Assembly (NCBI GenBank): GCA_003345595.1
Contig: PRDI01000075.1
Span: 1 to 64,000 of the forward strand
DNA length: 64,000 nt
From: Candidatus Thorarchaeota archaeon
GTDB lineage: Archaea; Asgardarchaeota; Thorarchaeia; Thorarchaeales; Thorarchaeaceae
Direction: 5' to 3'
Made by a program: the position numbers and the translations under genes. Of this stretch, positions 1 through 8,761 are shown piece after piece; position 1 is the stretch's first letter, and each line of letters opens with the position of its first letter. The notes under the pieces were generated by a model. The model worked only from the letters and a program-made list of their open reading frames with translations. It had not been told where the DNA came from and made no database searches.

Positions 1-2
1 GC

Positions 3-101
3 CTGCTTGTAAAGGACTCTGCTGGAGTCAGTCGAGGCGAGATCAGAGCACTTGCACGTGCGATTGGCGAGTTCATAAAAGAGGAGATTGGAAAGGCATA
101 G
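3..101 (+). CDS. 3' end of a gene entering from the left edge (…LLVKDSAGVSRGEIRALARAIGEFIKEEIGKA*), function unknown
   Basis: Open frame from the window edge to TAG at 99-101; protein-like composition. Confidence 0.45.
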   Translation: MLVKDSAGVSRGEIRALARAIGEFIKEEIGKA

Positions 102-154
102 ACCGAATGGCAAAGCCAGTCCGGTCGCCTTGAAGAGCTTCGACGACTGATTGC

Positions 155-355
155 CTATTTCTTGATCTTTCCACCTTTCTCATAGCTCAGGGTCCACTTC
201 GTGTCCCTAGGCTTCATGTGTCTTCTCAGTCGGCTGACCTTACACTTGTTGGAGCAGAACCAGAGCACACTCCCGTCTTTGGTCTGGACAAAAGCCATCC
301 CAGTACCAGGCTCAATGTCCTTGCCGCAGAAGACACATTTCTGGATACCGACCAA
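155..355 (-). CDS. rpl24e: 50S ribosomal protein L24e
   Basis: CxFCG..IEPGTG..FCSNKC..WT motif; in the rpl7ae-rps28e-rpl24e operon. Confidence 0.97.
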   Translation of the reverse strand: MVGIQKCVFCGKDIEPGTGMAFVQTKDGSVLWFCSNKCKVSRLRRHMKPRDTKWTLSYEKGGKIKK

Positions 356-357
356 GC

Positions 358-579
358 TCAGCGCCTCCTCATCTTCCGGGCTTCACGTTCAGTTTCCCGT
401 AGAATGAGTATGTCCCCCATCCTTACTGGACCCTTGACATTCCTCGTGAGGACTCGTCCCTTGTCCCGGCCTTCCATTATCTTCACGCGGACTTGGGTTA
501 TCTCACCGGTGACGCCAGTTCTACCCAACAACTGAATCACTTCAGCCGGGACTGCAAGAGCTTCTTCTTCTTTGCTCAT
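358..579 (-). CDS. rps28e: 30S ribosomal protein S28e
   Basis: [35 protein letters not shown]. Confidence 0.98.
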   Translation of the reverse strand: MSKEEEALAVPAEVIQLLGRTGVTGEITQVRVKIMEGRDKGRVLTRNVKGPVRMGDILILRETEREARKMRRR

Positions 580-600
580 ACGAAAACATCACCTGGGGTC

Positions 601-972
601 CTACTTCCGCAGAGCCGCAATCTTTTCCACTATGTCGGTGATCAGGTCCTTTGCTTTCCCCTCAACAAGAATCGCCACAGCCGCAGTGGGTCGCTCTATA
701 CCTGCAGCATTCCCGAGATCTTTCTTGCTCTTGACAAAGATATAGGGTGCTTTCTTGTCATCACAGAGACCGGGCAGGTACATTATCACCTCGGGTGGTT
801 CAACGTCTTCGGCTACCAACACCAGACGCGCTATGCCGCGTTCGATTGACTTGGTGGCCTCATTGATACCTTTCTTGATTCGACCCGTGTCCTTTGCCAT
901 TTCTACGGCCTCTAGGGCCTTCTTCTGAAGCTCCTCGGTAGCTTCCCACTCAACAAAACTGGGTTTTGGCAT
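601..972 (-). CDS. rpl7ae: 50S ribosomal protein L7Ae (k-turn-binding)
   Basis: KKGINEATKSIERG..AEDVEPPE..LG.AAG. Confidence 0.98.
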   Translation of the reverse strand: MPKPSFVEWEATEELQKKALEAVEMAKDTGRIKKGINEATKSIERGIARLVLVAEDVEPPEVIMYLPGLCDDKKAPYIFVKSKKDLGNAAGIERPTAAVAILVEGKAKDLITDIVEKIAALRK

Positions 973-978
973 TCATCA

Positions 979-1003
979 TACCTCTGTTCGCACTTCATTG
1001 GTA
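979..1003 (-). promoter_or_regulatory. Kink-turn in the rpl7ae 5' UTR sequestering the Shine-Dalgarno
   Basis: UACC-AAU-GAAGU-GCGA-ACAGA-GGUA: C-stem, 3-nt bulge ending in U, tandem G·A/A·G, GNRA-capped NC stem; ends 6 nt before the AUG. Confidence 0.85.
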
Positions 1004-1065
1004 ATGCATACGAGCGATAGGCCGCCCGTTTGCCGGGATGTTCTCGTCGCCCTCGTGACAGCCTC

Positions 1066-1073
1066 TTTTAAAA
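1066..1073 (-). promoter_or_regulatory. TATA box of the rpl7ae operon
   Basis: TTTTAAAA about 95 nt upstream of the AUG, just before the structured leader. Confidence 0.6.
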
Positions 1074-1102
1074 CTGTCGAAGCAGTTCAACGTCTGAAGC
1101 AT

Positions 1103-2083
1103 CTAGTAGAGCTTGGCGATGGTTTCAGAGAGCCGACCATCATCAATCCCTCCGAGAACCGAGTATCTCCCTCTCTTTCTCATGATTTCTAGAGCATGAT
1201 GAATGTCGTCGATGAACACATCAGGAGCGAGACTCATCTCCGTCAGTGACACTGGCAATCCCCTTTTTCGCATTATACGAATAAGGTCGTCCGCCTTGTG
1301 TTTCGTATAGCCGGCTTGGTCCAGGTGGTAGAGACATAGTGGTGTTGCAAAGGCGACCTGAAGTCCATGTAGCTCCTGACTGTGCCTGTCCATCGCGTGG
1401 GAGATTGCATGCTCTGTACCTGAGCACGGTCTTGAGCTGCCGACCATGCACATTGCCCTGCCGGCATCTATCTGCGCCTTGACCAAGACCTCCAGACTAT
1501 CGTTCCTCATGACAGAGGCAAGTGCGGATTCAACTACATGGTAGGCAGAATCATCAAAATACTCGCCGTTGTTCTCTTTACCAAGCCTCCACTCTGCCAA
1601 GCTCGATGATTTGCAGAGGACGTCGCCAGTGCCAGCCAGTTTGAGTCTAGGGGGCGCCCTTGACATGATAGACAGATCGGCGACAACTGCAATAGGTCTC
1701 TTGCACTTCTTTGAGTACTTGTAGCCGTCCTGACTCACTGATGCGACATCGCTAGCGATGCCATCGTGAGATGCGGCGGTCGGGATTGACACCCAGTCAC
1801 ATCCTAGCTCAACAGCCAGCAACTTGGCTACGTCAAGGCTTCGTCCTCCACCGAACCCAAGAATCACGTCGCCTTCATTTCGAGGAAATGCCCCGTCTTG
1901 GTAGTCTGATACCATCAGCCATGTCATACCACGTTTGACGACTCCCTCTAACCGAACGCCGTATTCCCCACGGATTATCTCGTCTGAAACACAGACCACA
2001 TGGCGATATGGATCTAGGATGCTGTCCAGCCTGTCCAGTGCGTTCTTGGCAACTATCACTGTGGCGGGACAAATGGATGCCAT
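1103..2083 (-). CDS. egsA: sn-glycerol-1-phosphate dehydrogenase
   Basis: GFGGGRSLDVAK, PTAASHDGIAS, SRPCSGTEHAISHA, LHGLQV; start moved to ATG 2083. Confidence 0.9.
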   Translation of the reverse strand: MASICPATVIVAKNALDRLDSILDPYRHVVCVSDEIIRGEYGVRLEGVVKRGMTWLMVSDYQDGAFPRNEGDVILGFGGGRSLDVAKLLAVELGCDWVSIPTAASHDGIASDVASVSQDGYKYSKKCKRPIAVVADLSIMSRAPPRLKLAGTGDVLCKSSSLAEWRLGKENNGEYFDDSAYHVVESALASVMRNDSLEVLVKAQIDAGRAMCMVGSSRPCSGTEHAISHAMDRHSQELHGLQVAFATPLCLYHLDQAGYTKHKADDLIRIMRKRGLPVSLTEMSLAPDVFIDDIHHALEIMRKRGRYSVLGGIDDGRLSETIAKLY

Positions 2084-2279
2084 CCTGTCAGCTCCCCCCA
2101 AGGGTCTCCTTACATGCTGTTAAGCGCTTCTGTTCAACACACCTGTGGCGGACAGGTCCTCTCCGCTCGCTTTAAGTGATTGGCCAGTACACCTCGCAGT
2201 CCGAGTGTTACTTGAGTAACACGACGTCTGATATGTCCACCGGCTGCTTCAAACCTAAGACGAATTGGAGTCACGTCGC

Positions 2280-2777
2280 ATGACCGAGTATGTTAAGGTC
2301 GCTCTCATGGGCTCTGGATACGCCGGCAAGTCCACTTTGATCAAGCTGCTCACAGACAGGGAAGCAAGACTAGACTCCAACTATGTGCCAACTGCAGGAA
2401 TGGACTGTGGCACCATTACTCTGGACAGGACCACCAAAGTGTCGCTTGTTGAGATGGGTGGTCAGTCCCACTTCGAATTCCTGTGGCCTGATTTGTTGAA
2501 GGGCAGTAAGATGGTCGTCGTGGTGACCGAGAGTACACCCAAAGCAGTGCTGAAGACACGTCAGCTTCTTCAGAAGTACAGGGAACAGCTAGCGGGTCTT
2601 CAAGTCATCGCAATAGCCAACAAACAGGACGTATCTGGTTCGATGAGACCAGAGTCTGTACAAGATCTGCTTGGAGTCCCAACGTTCGGCATGGTCGCAA
2701 TTGACCCGAAGCAAAGGGTCAACGGCTACAGAGTCATAGTCGACGGGCTTAGACAGCTCTGCCATGTGGCCGCATAG
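2280..2777 (+). CDS. Asgard-type Arf/Ras-superfamily small GTPase
   Basis: G1 GSGYAGKS, G2 PTAG, G3 EMGGQ (Asp to Glu), G4 NKQD. Confidence 0.88.
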   Translation: MTEYVKVALMGSGYAGKSTLIKLLTDREARLDSNYVPTAGMDCGTITLDRTTKVSLVEMGGQSHFEFLWPDLLKGSKMVVVVTESTPKAVLKTRQLLQKYREQLAGLQVIAIANKQDVSGSMRPESVQDLLGVPTFGMVAIDPKQRVNGYRVIVDGLRQLCHVAA

Positions 2778-2840
2778 TCCTGAGCCCGAGAGTCTTAGAG
2801 CAACACTTTTATGCGTGACAAATCCCCGCTCAACCACCCA

Positions 2841-2943
2841 GGGCACGGGCGAGTGAGCTCAAGGGCCATCTGGTCTTTTGGCGAGTCCGTCCGGGCGGAG
2901 TATCTTTTGGGTAAGCCGAACACCTCCGCGTTCAGGTGAGAAG
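2841..2943 (+). promoter_or_regulatory. Structured ~100-nt leader of the rpoD-rpl18e-rpl13-rps9-rpoN-rps2 operon
   Basis: TATA-like TTTTATG near 2807; two hairpins (ACGGGC/GUCCGU and GCGGAG/CUCCGC); SD AGGTGA before ATG 2944. Confidence 0.5.
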
Positions 2944-3744
2944 ATGGAGATCACAATCATCCACAGAGAAAGTGACACGATTCACTTCCTAGTAGAGGGT
3001 GCAGATGTCGCGTTCGCTAATGCTCTTCGACGGACCATGCTTACGCGGCTGCCAGCAATGGCCATAGATGAGGTGCTGGTACTTGAGAACACAAGCGTGA
3101 TGTACGACGAGATTTTGGCGCACAGGCTTGGACTAATCCCCCTAGTGACCAAACTCGACGACTACAACCTTCCTCAGGATTGCGATTGTGAGGGGAAGGG
3201 CTGTAGTCTCTGCCAATGCACACTCACTCTTGAGAAGGAGGCCGCTGACCAAGAGATAGTGGTATACTCGAAAGACCTACAGTCTCAGGACCCAAAGATA
3301 GTCCCGGCTTCAGGAGACATTCCATTGGTGAAGTTGGCGCCGCACCAGAGGTTGATTGTTGAAGCGTACGCTCGTCTTGGGACTGGTACTGAGAACGCCA
3401 AGTTTCAGCCAGTTGCCACTGTGGCATACAAGTATGTACCAGTTGTGAGTGTGGACAAGGCGAAATGCGACCGGTGTGGTGCATGCGTTGAGGTCTGCTC
3501 GAAGAAGATTCTGAAACTGGACGGCGACAAGGTTTCCACGCAGAACACGTTGGACTGCAGCATGTGTGAGGCCTGTGTCCAGGAGTGTGAACCCGGCGCT
3601 ATCACAATCGATTCAAAGAAGGACAGCTTCCTGTTCAAGGTGGAATCCTCAGGAGCACTTCCTCCAGATGAGATTGTCGAGAGAGCAGCTGACCTTCTGA
3701 AAGAACGGATCCGTGGGGCCCTTGACTTTGCGAACTCGCTGTGA
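2944..3744 (+). CDS. rpoD: RNA polymerase subunit D (Rpo3) with ferredoxin-like domain
   Basis: ANALRR..NTSVMYDEILAHRLGLIPL; CxxCxxCxxxC motifs; start moved to ATG 2944. Confidence 0.97.
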   Translation: MEITIIHRESDTIHFLVEGADVAFANALRRTMLTRLPAMAIDEVLVLENTSVMYDEILAHRLGLIPLVTKLDDYNLPQDCDCEGKGCSLCQCTLTLEKEAADQEIVVYSKDLQSQDPKIVPASGDIPLVKLAPHQRLIVEAYARLGTGTENAKFQPVATVAYKYVPVVSVDKAKCDRCGACVEVCSKKILKLDGDKVSTQNTLDCSMCEACVQECEPGAITIDSKKDSFLFKVESSGALPPDEIVERAADLLKERIRGALDFANSL

Positions 3745-3755
3745 GGTGGTTAAGA

Positions 3756-4118
3756 ATGGTTAGATCTGGACCGACAGACCCCAATACGCGCGCCCTAATC
3801 AACGCGCTCAAGAAAATCTCGACCAAGCAGGACGCTAGGATATGGAGGCGGGTTGCCGAATTACTCTCTCGCCCAACGAGGCAGCGTGCAGCAGTCAATG
3901 TGGGGAAGATCGCACGTTATACGCAGGACGGTGATGTTGTTGTCATACCTGGAAAGGTGCTGGGTTCAGGCAGTATATCGCACAAGGTCACTGTTGCGGC
4001 GCTGAACTCTTCCGCTTCTGCTAGGTCAGTCATAGTTGGTGCAGGTGGTTCATTGATTTCAATTGACGAGCTTCTCGACAAGATTCCCAAGGGAACTGGA
4101 ATCACGATCATTACATGA
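3756..4118 (+). CDS. rpl18e: 50S ribosomal protein L18e
   Basis: IWRRVAELL.RP.R....VNVGKI..VVVIPGKVLGSG. Confidence 0.96.
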   Translation: MVRSGPTDPNTRALINALKKISTKQDARIWRRVAELLSRPTRQRAAVNVGKIARYTQDGDVVVIPGKVLGSGSISHKVTVAALNSSASARSVIVGAGGSLISIDELLDKIPKGTGITIIT

Positions 4119-4129
4119 AGGTGGCTTTG

Positions 4130-4582
4130 ATGAGTGAACAGAGTATAACAGTCTTCGACGCGGACGGCATGATTGCGGGACGCTTGGCAGCAAAGATGGC
4201 GAAGGCCGCTCTCATGGGAAATCATGTTGTGGTTGTGAATGTCGAGAAGGCTATCATAACAGGCGACAGGAGGACGGTAATCGACGCCTACAAGACGAAG
4301 AGAGAGATTAGGAACTCAGCAAACCCGACTAAGGGTCCGTTTCATGAGAAGCGCCCTGATAGGATGTTTCGCAGAATGGTACGGGGCATGCTGCCGTGGT
4401 CCACACCACGTGCTAGGGCCGCATACAAGCGAGTCCGTGTCTTCATTGGCGTTCCAGGTGAGTTCGCAGGAAATGAGAAGACTGTCCTCGAAGACTCGCG
4501 GTACAGGAGCCCCAGGCGGAAGCACGTGACGATGGGAGATTTGAGCCATGAGCTAGGCTGGACTGGTCTGGAGGTGGCATGA
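4130..4582 (+). CDS. rpl13: 50S ribosomal protein L13
   Basis: DADGMIAGRLA..VVVVNVEK..RRMVRGMLP. Confidence 0.96.
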   Translation: MSEQSITVFDADGMIAGRLAAKMAKAALMGNHVVVVNVEKAIITGDRRTVIDAYKTKREIRNSANPTKGPFHEKRPDRMFRRMVRGMLPWSTPRARAAYKRVRVFIGVPGEFAGNEKTVLEDSRYRSPRRKHVTMGDLSHELGWTGLEVA

Positions 4583-4583
4583 A

Positions 4584-4982
4584 GTGCGTGTTGTCGTAAC
4601 CGCTGGTAAGAGAAAGACATCATTGGCAAAGGCCACCATAAAGAGCGGCAGTGGTCGAATCAGGGTGAACGGGGGGCCGCTTGAGATAATCGAGCCTGAG
4701 ATTGCGCGGCTCAGAATACAGGAACCGCTGATCTTGTTCGGTGAGGGCTGGAAGAAGTACGATATCCGGGTCAGCGTTCGTGGCGGTGGTTTCATGAGTC
4801 AGGCAGATGCTGTGCGAATGTCCATAGCCACGTGTCTAATCGAGATGAGTCAAGACTTTGAGGCCCGCTCGAGAATGATCGAGCACGACAGGACCATGCT
4901 GGTTGGTGATCCTCGCCGCACCGAACCAAAGAAGTTTGGTGGACCCTCGGCGAGATCTCGTTTCCAGAAGTCATACAGGTGA
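4584..4982 (+). CDS. rps9: 30S ribosomal protein S9
   Basis: GKRKT..GGGFMSQA..EPKKFGGPSARSRFQKSYR. Confidence 0.98.
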   Translation: MRVVVTAGKRKTSLAKATIKSGSGRIRVNGGPLEIIEPEIARLRIQEPLILFGEGWKKYDIRVSVRGGGFMSQADAVRMSIATCLIEMSQDFEARSRMIEHDRTMLVGDPRRTEPKKFGGPSARSRFQKSYR

Positions 4983-4994
4983 TGTGTTCACAAG

Positions 4995-5210
4995 ATGATA
5001 ATCCCAGTAAGATGCTTCACATGTGGAAAGGTTGTGGCCGACAAGTACGAACAGTTCAAGCGAGAGGTCCGACAAGGCGAGGACCCAGCGGTCGTACTGG
5101 ACAGACTCGGTCTTCATCGCTACTGCTGCAGGAGAATGCTCCTGTCCCATGTTGACATAATTGACAGCTTCATGGCATTCTCAACATCTGAATCAACGGA
5201 GGTCAAGTAG
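4995..5210 (+). CDS. rpoN: RNA polymerase subunit N (Rpo10)
   Basis: [23 protein letters not shown]. Confidence 0.98.
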   Translation: MIIPVRCFTCGKVVADKYEQFKREVRQGEDPAVVLDRLGLHRYCCRRMLLSHVDIIDSFMAFSTSESTEVK

Positions 5211-5212
5211 TC

Positions 5213-5848
5213 ATGAGCGAAGGAAACGTAGCTGAGATTGACCTGCTTACACCTATGGACAAGTATCTTGCTGCAGGTTGTCATATAGGAACACAGGTCA
5301 AGACGCAGGACATGGAGCCGTTTGTTTACAGGCAGAGACCAATCGGTCTATACGTCTTGGATGTCAGGAAGACCGACGAGCGAATCCGGGTCGCTGGCAA
5401 GTTCATCAATCGATTCAATGCTGATCGAGTTGTCGCTGTTTCGGGACGTGTCTATGGTAAGAGACCAGTCGAGTCCTTTGCCAACTACATCGGAGCACAC
5501 GCTTTCACTGAGCGTTTTGTCCCAGGTACACTGACCAATCCGAACATCTCAGGTCCCCGAACATACGTCGAACCAGAACTCTTGGTCCTGACGGACCCTC
5601 GTACTGACCAGCAAGCGTTGTCTGAAGCGGCGAGAATTGGAATCCCAGTCATCGCGCTCTGCGATACTGACAATGTGACCGCCAATATCGACCTCGTTAT
5701 TCCGTCCAACAACCGTGGGCGAAAGGCATTGGCACTCGTCTACTATCTAATCACGAAGCAGGTGCTTAGAGAGCGCGGTGATTTGACCGGTGATGCTGAG
5801 CCCTCGTTTACACCGGAAGACTTTGAGCCTCAGGTACAGCGGGTTTAG
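5213..5848 (+). CDS. rps2: 30S ribosomal protein S2
   Basis: YLAAGCHIGT..RFVPGTLTNP..IPSNNRGRKAL. Confidence 0.98.
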   Translation: MSEGNVAEIDLLTPMDKYLAAGCHIGTQVKTQDMEPFVYRQRPIGLYVLDVRKTDERIRVAGKFINRFNADRVVAVSGRVYGKRPVESFANYIGAHAFTERFVPGTLTNPNISGPRTYVEPELLVLTDPRTDQQALSEAARIGIPVIALCDTDNVTANIDLVIPSNNRGRKALALVYYLITKQVLRERGDLTGDAEPSFTPEDFEPQVQRV

Positions 5849-5859
5849 ACGCCTGGTTA

Positions 5860-6252
5860 TCAATCTTGGGTAGAAACGATGCCACGGTCTGCGTCCACAT
5901 CTACCCGTTCTCCTGTAAGCAGTTTCTCAATCTCTATTTGATCAACTGCTGGAATCTCTGAGATAATACAGCCAACAGCAACGACAGGATCGACAGTCTT
6001 GTTGATGATTGCGGCAGGTGCCCTGCCCGTCTTCTTCAGGGCATAGAGCACATACGAGCCGACTGTGGACCCCTTACCGGTTGGAAAGACCAGGATTTTG
6101 CCGGAAACGGACTTCCCCTCAAGTTGATGCCCTTTCTCGATGATTACACCAGTTTCAGGATCACAGCCGCCATAGAATGAAACGTCTTGGGTGGTCACTA
6201 GGGCCTCTCCTGAAACCCTCCCTCTGAATACTTTCCTCCCAGAGAGCTTCAT
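5860..6252 (-). CDS. Phosphomevalonate dehydratase small subunit (AcnX swivel domain, DUF126)
   Basis: GEALVT..SFYGG.DPETG..GKGSTVGSYVLY; operon context. Confidence 0.88.
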   Translation of the reverse strand: MKLSGRKVFRGRVSGEALVTTQDVSFYGGCDPETGVIIEKGHQLEGKSVSGKILVFPTGKGSTVGSYVLYALKKTGRAPAAIINKTVDPVVAVGCIISEIPAVDQIEIEKLLTGERVDVDADRGIVSTQD

Positions 6253-7433
6253 GAGACCGCCTCCCTGATGCACTGTTCGACCGGTCTAATCTCAGTCTTG
6301 AACTTGTTCTTTCCGCGGGCGTAGAAGCATGCCTTTGCAGAATCGGTCATCAAACCCTTGAAGCGTCCCTTCAATGGCGCAACTGCGCAGCAGGCATCGC
6401 TCACAAGAAACGCACCCGACCTCTCAATCTTGTCATAGTACCCCATCTTGACTGCCAGGTCTTTCGTAGGCCGGGCTGTCGTTATCCAGACGGTCTTTCC
6501 ATTCTTCACAGTCTTCCCATCCAGCATTGTAGCTATCTGAGCTATTTCTCCTATGCTGGCATGCGGGCAGCCGATGCTGATGAAGTCGATTTCTGCACCC
6601 TTATCATCCAGCTTCCCACGGGCCTTCTCTAGATCCTCTTGGGACACGACCTCCGTTTTCTCAGGTATTGCTGTCCTGCTTGGAGTGATTCCCTCCATAT
6701 GAAACATGGCGATTCCTCCATAGGTCGCCGCTGACGCACACAATGACTTCAGGTCTTCAGTTGTCGCTTTTGAGATGCCGGTGATGAATGGTATCGCCTT
6801 GTTCGTTCGTTCACCAATCACTTGACCGAGTAGTCCAAAGTCGTCAGTTCCTCTGAGGATTGCTCTGACTTCATACTTGACCTCTGCCACCCTGTTCTCA
6901 TCGAGATGGAATCCATACTCAGCCGTCACGCCTGTGAGTGCAGCAGCAAGGGCACTTGGTCCCCCCTCTCTGTTAGTCCTTGCACCGATGACCGAATTGG
7001 CAAAGCACACAGCAGAGGACTCGGCCCATGCGATATGCTCACCATAATGCGGGAGGTTTCCGACCAGATATGGTGTGCATGTGCAGGTGGTCATCACTCC
7101 CATCTTAGCGAAGGCGTCCACAACCCTCTCTTGGTTCTTTGCGAAATCTGGACTGATGCCGTGCCTTTCCCAGTCCTCAAGGTCCATACCTGCAGGATTC
7201 AATGTTGTGAGTACTCTGACTTGCCCGTCCACCGCCATATCCGACAGAAACTCGAGACCTGGTTCGCCCAAGTTGTCATATGAAACGCCGGCAATCTGAA
7301 CACTCGACACTGGTATCAGTCGCTTTGCTCCATATATCTCACCAAGCGATGTGATTATCTCCATTGCCTTGCGGGTTGCCTTGCCACGTTTTCCATCAAG
7401 CATCGCTCTCTCTTCTGGCTTCAGCTCAAGCAT
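6249..7433 (-). CDS. Phosphomevalonate dehydratase large subunit (AcnX, DUF521)
   Basis: TCTCTPY, WAESSAV..NSVIGARTNREGG, GCPHAS, DACC, TDSAKAC. Confidence 0.9.
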   Translation of the reverse strand: MLELKPEERAMLDGKRGKATRKAMEIITSLGEIYGAKRLIPVSSVQIAGVSYDNLGEPGLEFLSDMAVDGQVRVLTTLNPAGMDLEDWERHGISPDFAKNQERVVDAFAKMGVMTTCTCTPYLVGNLPHYGEHIAWAESSAVCFANSVIGARTNREGGPSALAAALTGVTAEYGFHLDENRVAEVKYEVRAILRGTDDFGLLGQVIGERTNKAIPFITGISKATTEDLKSLCASAATYGGIAMFHMEGITPSRTAIPEKTEVVSQEDLEKARGKLDDKGAEIDFISIGCPHASIGEIAQIATMLDGKTVKNGKTVWITTARPTKDLAVKMGYYDKIERSGAFLVSDACCAVAPLKGRFKGLMTDSAKACFYARGKNKFKTEIRPVEQCIREAVS

Positions 7434-7437
7434 CCTG

Positions 7438-8745
7438 TCAGTCCTCCAAGAAGCGTTTCAAGTCCACCTTGGGGAACTCTGCTTTCTCGAACCCCTTTCC
7501 CTTTGTTTCAAGAGCCTTTGTACAATCGAAGCCAATCTTTGTCGTCATCTTTGTTCCTGGTTCCGCACTAGGATCAAGTGAGCTTCCCGGCTCACGCGCC
7601 TTTACATGCAAGCTCTTGTCGCCTTGGAAGCGGGTCGCCATCGCCCACTCTCTCTCTTGCTCGTTGTAGATATCAATGTCCTCATCGTAGACCCAGACAT
7701 GCTTTGCACTTGTATGCCCTGCAAATGCGCCCTCAATTGCCTTCAGACCATCATCCGGGCTTTTCTTCCTTATCTTCACAGCGACGTGCAGCCAGCTCGC
7801 GCCGCCCGGAGTAATGCTCGTGTCAAGGACTTCGACCCCACGTTCCTTGACCTTCTTGTAGACAGTTGGCTCTCGAGGCATCCCCATGAGTATCTTGTGC
7901 TCCAAACGTCCTGGAAGCAGCGCCTGCCAGATAGCTGTCTTCCTGTGGGTGATCTTCTTCACTTCGAAGACTGGTTCTTGTCGTACCACATCCACTGTTT
8001 CAGTCAGATCTATGAACGGCCCCTCGGAGTGTCTTTCCTTCTGAAACACCCTGCCCTCGAGTACAAACTCACAGTCTGCAGGTATCATTAGGTCCACGGA
8101 TTTTGCCTTTGTGACCTTGATTGGTTTCAGAGCATTGGCTATGTGCAGCTCGTCCACACCCGTTTCCACCGATGTCGCCGCAGCAACGAGAACTTCAGGT
8201 GTGTTACCAATGCAAAAGGCGACATCAACCTCTCCGTTCTTCTCAAGGAACTTGTGAAAGTCGCGGCCGCTGACAACTCTCACCACCATGTGGTTCTTGC
8301 CAATCTGCATCGCTCTGTGAAAATCCAGATTCTGTCCATACTGGGGGTCAGCAGAAACCACAACAGCAGAAGAGATGTAGGGCCCCCCATCGATTACGTT
8401 GTGCATGAGTATTGGCAGTTGATTCAAGTCCACGGTGCTCTCGACTACCTCTTGGCATGGGGCTGTCTTTGCCTTTTCTGGAGGGCTTCGGTGCTCTATT
8501 GCACTGGCCAGAGTGGGTATCATTTGATCAGGTCTGATACCAAAATAGTCTGCGATCTGTGTCTTGGTACAGAACAGATTGCCAACGACGCGATACGCAG
8601 ACTCTTTCAAGCTCTGAAACAGCACGGGTGTGGGTTCTAGAGCCTTTAGGACCCCTGCTATCTCCAAGTCCTTAGAGATGGGCTTGCGTACAGTCTTGAG
8701 AATGCCCTGCGTAGCTAGCTTCTTGATGTAGTCTTCCAGAATCAT
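7438..8745 (-). CDS. UbiD-family decarboxylase, likely anhydromevalonate-phosphate decarboxylase
   Basis: DGGPYISS, FHR, EGPF.D, EWAMATRFQ, SSLDPS, KIGFDCT; lies between mvk and AcnX genes. Confidence 0.85.
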   Translation of the reverse strand: MILEDYIKKLATQGILKTVRKPISKDLEIAGVLKALEPTPVLFQSLKESAYRVVGNLFCTKTQIADYFGIRPDQMIPTLASAIEHRSPPEKAKTAPCQEVVESTVDLNQLPILMHNVIDGGPYISSAVVVSADPQYGQNLDFHRAMQIGKNHMVVRVVSGRDFHKFLEKNGEVDVAFCIGNTPEVLVAAATSVETGVDELHIANALKPIKVTKAKSVDLMIPADCEFVLEGRVFQKERHSEGPFIDLTETVDVVRQEPVFEVKKITHRKTAIWQALLPGRLEHKILMGMPREPTVYKKVKERGVEVLDTSITPGGASWLHVAVKIRKKSPDDGLKAIEGAFAGHTSAKHVWVYDEDIDIYNEQEREWAMATRFQGDKSLHVKAREPGSSLDPSAEPGTKMTTKIGFDCTKALETKGKGFEKAEFPKVDLKRFLED

Positions 8746-8761
8746 ATCAGTGCAACTCCAC

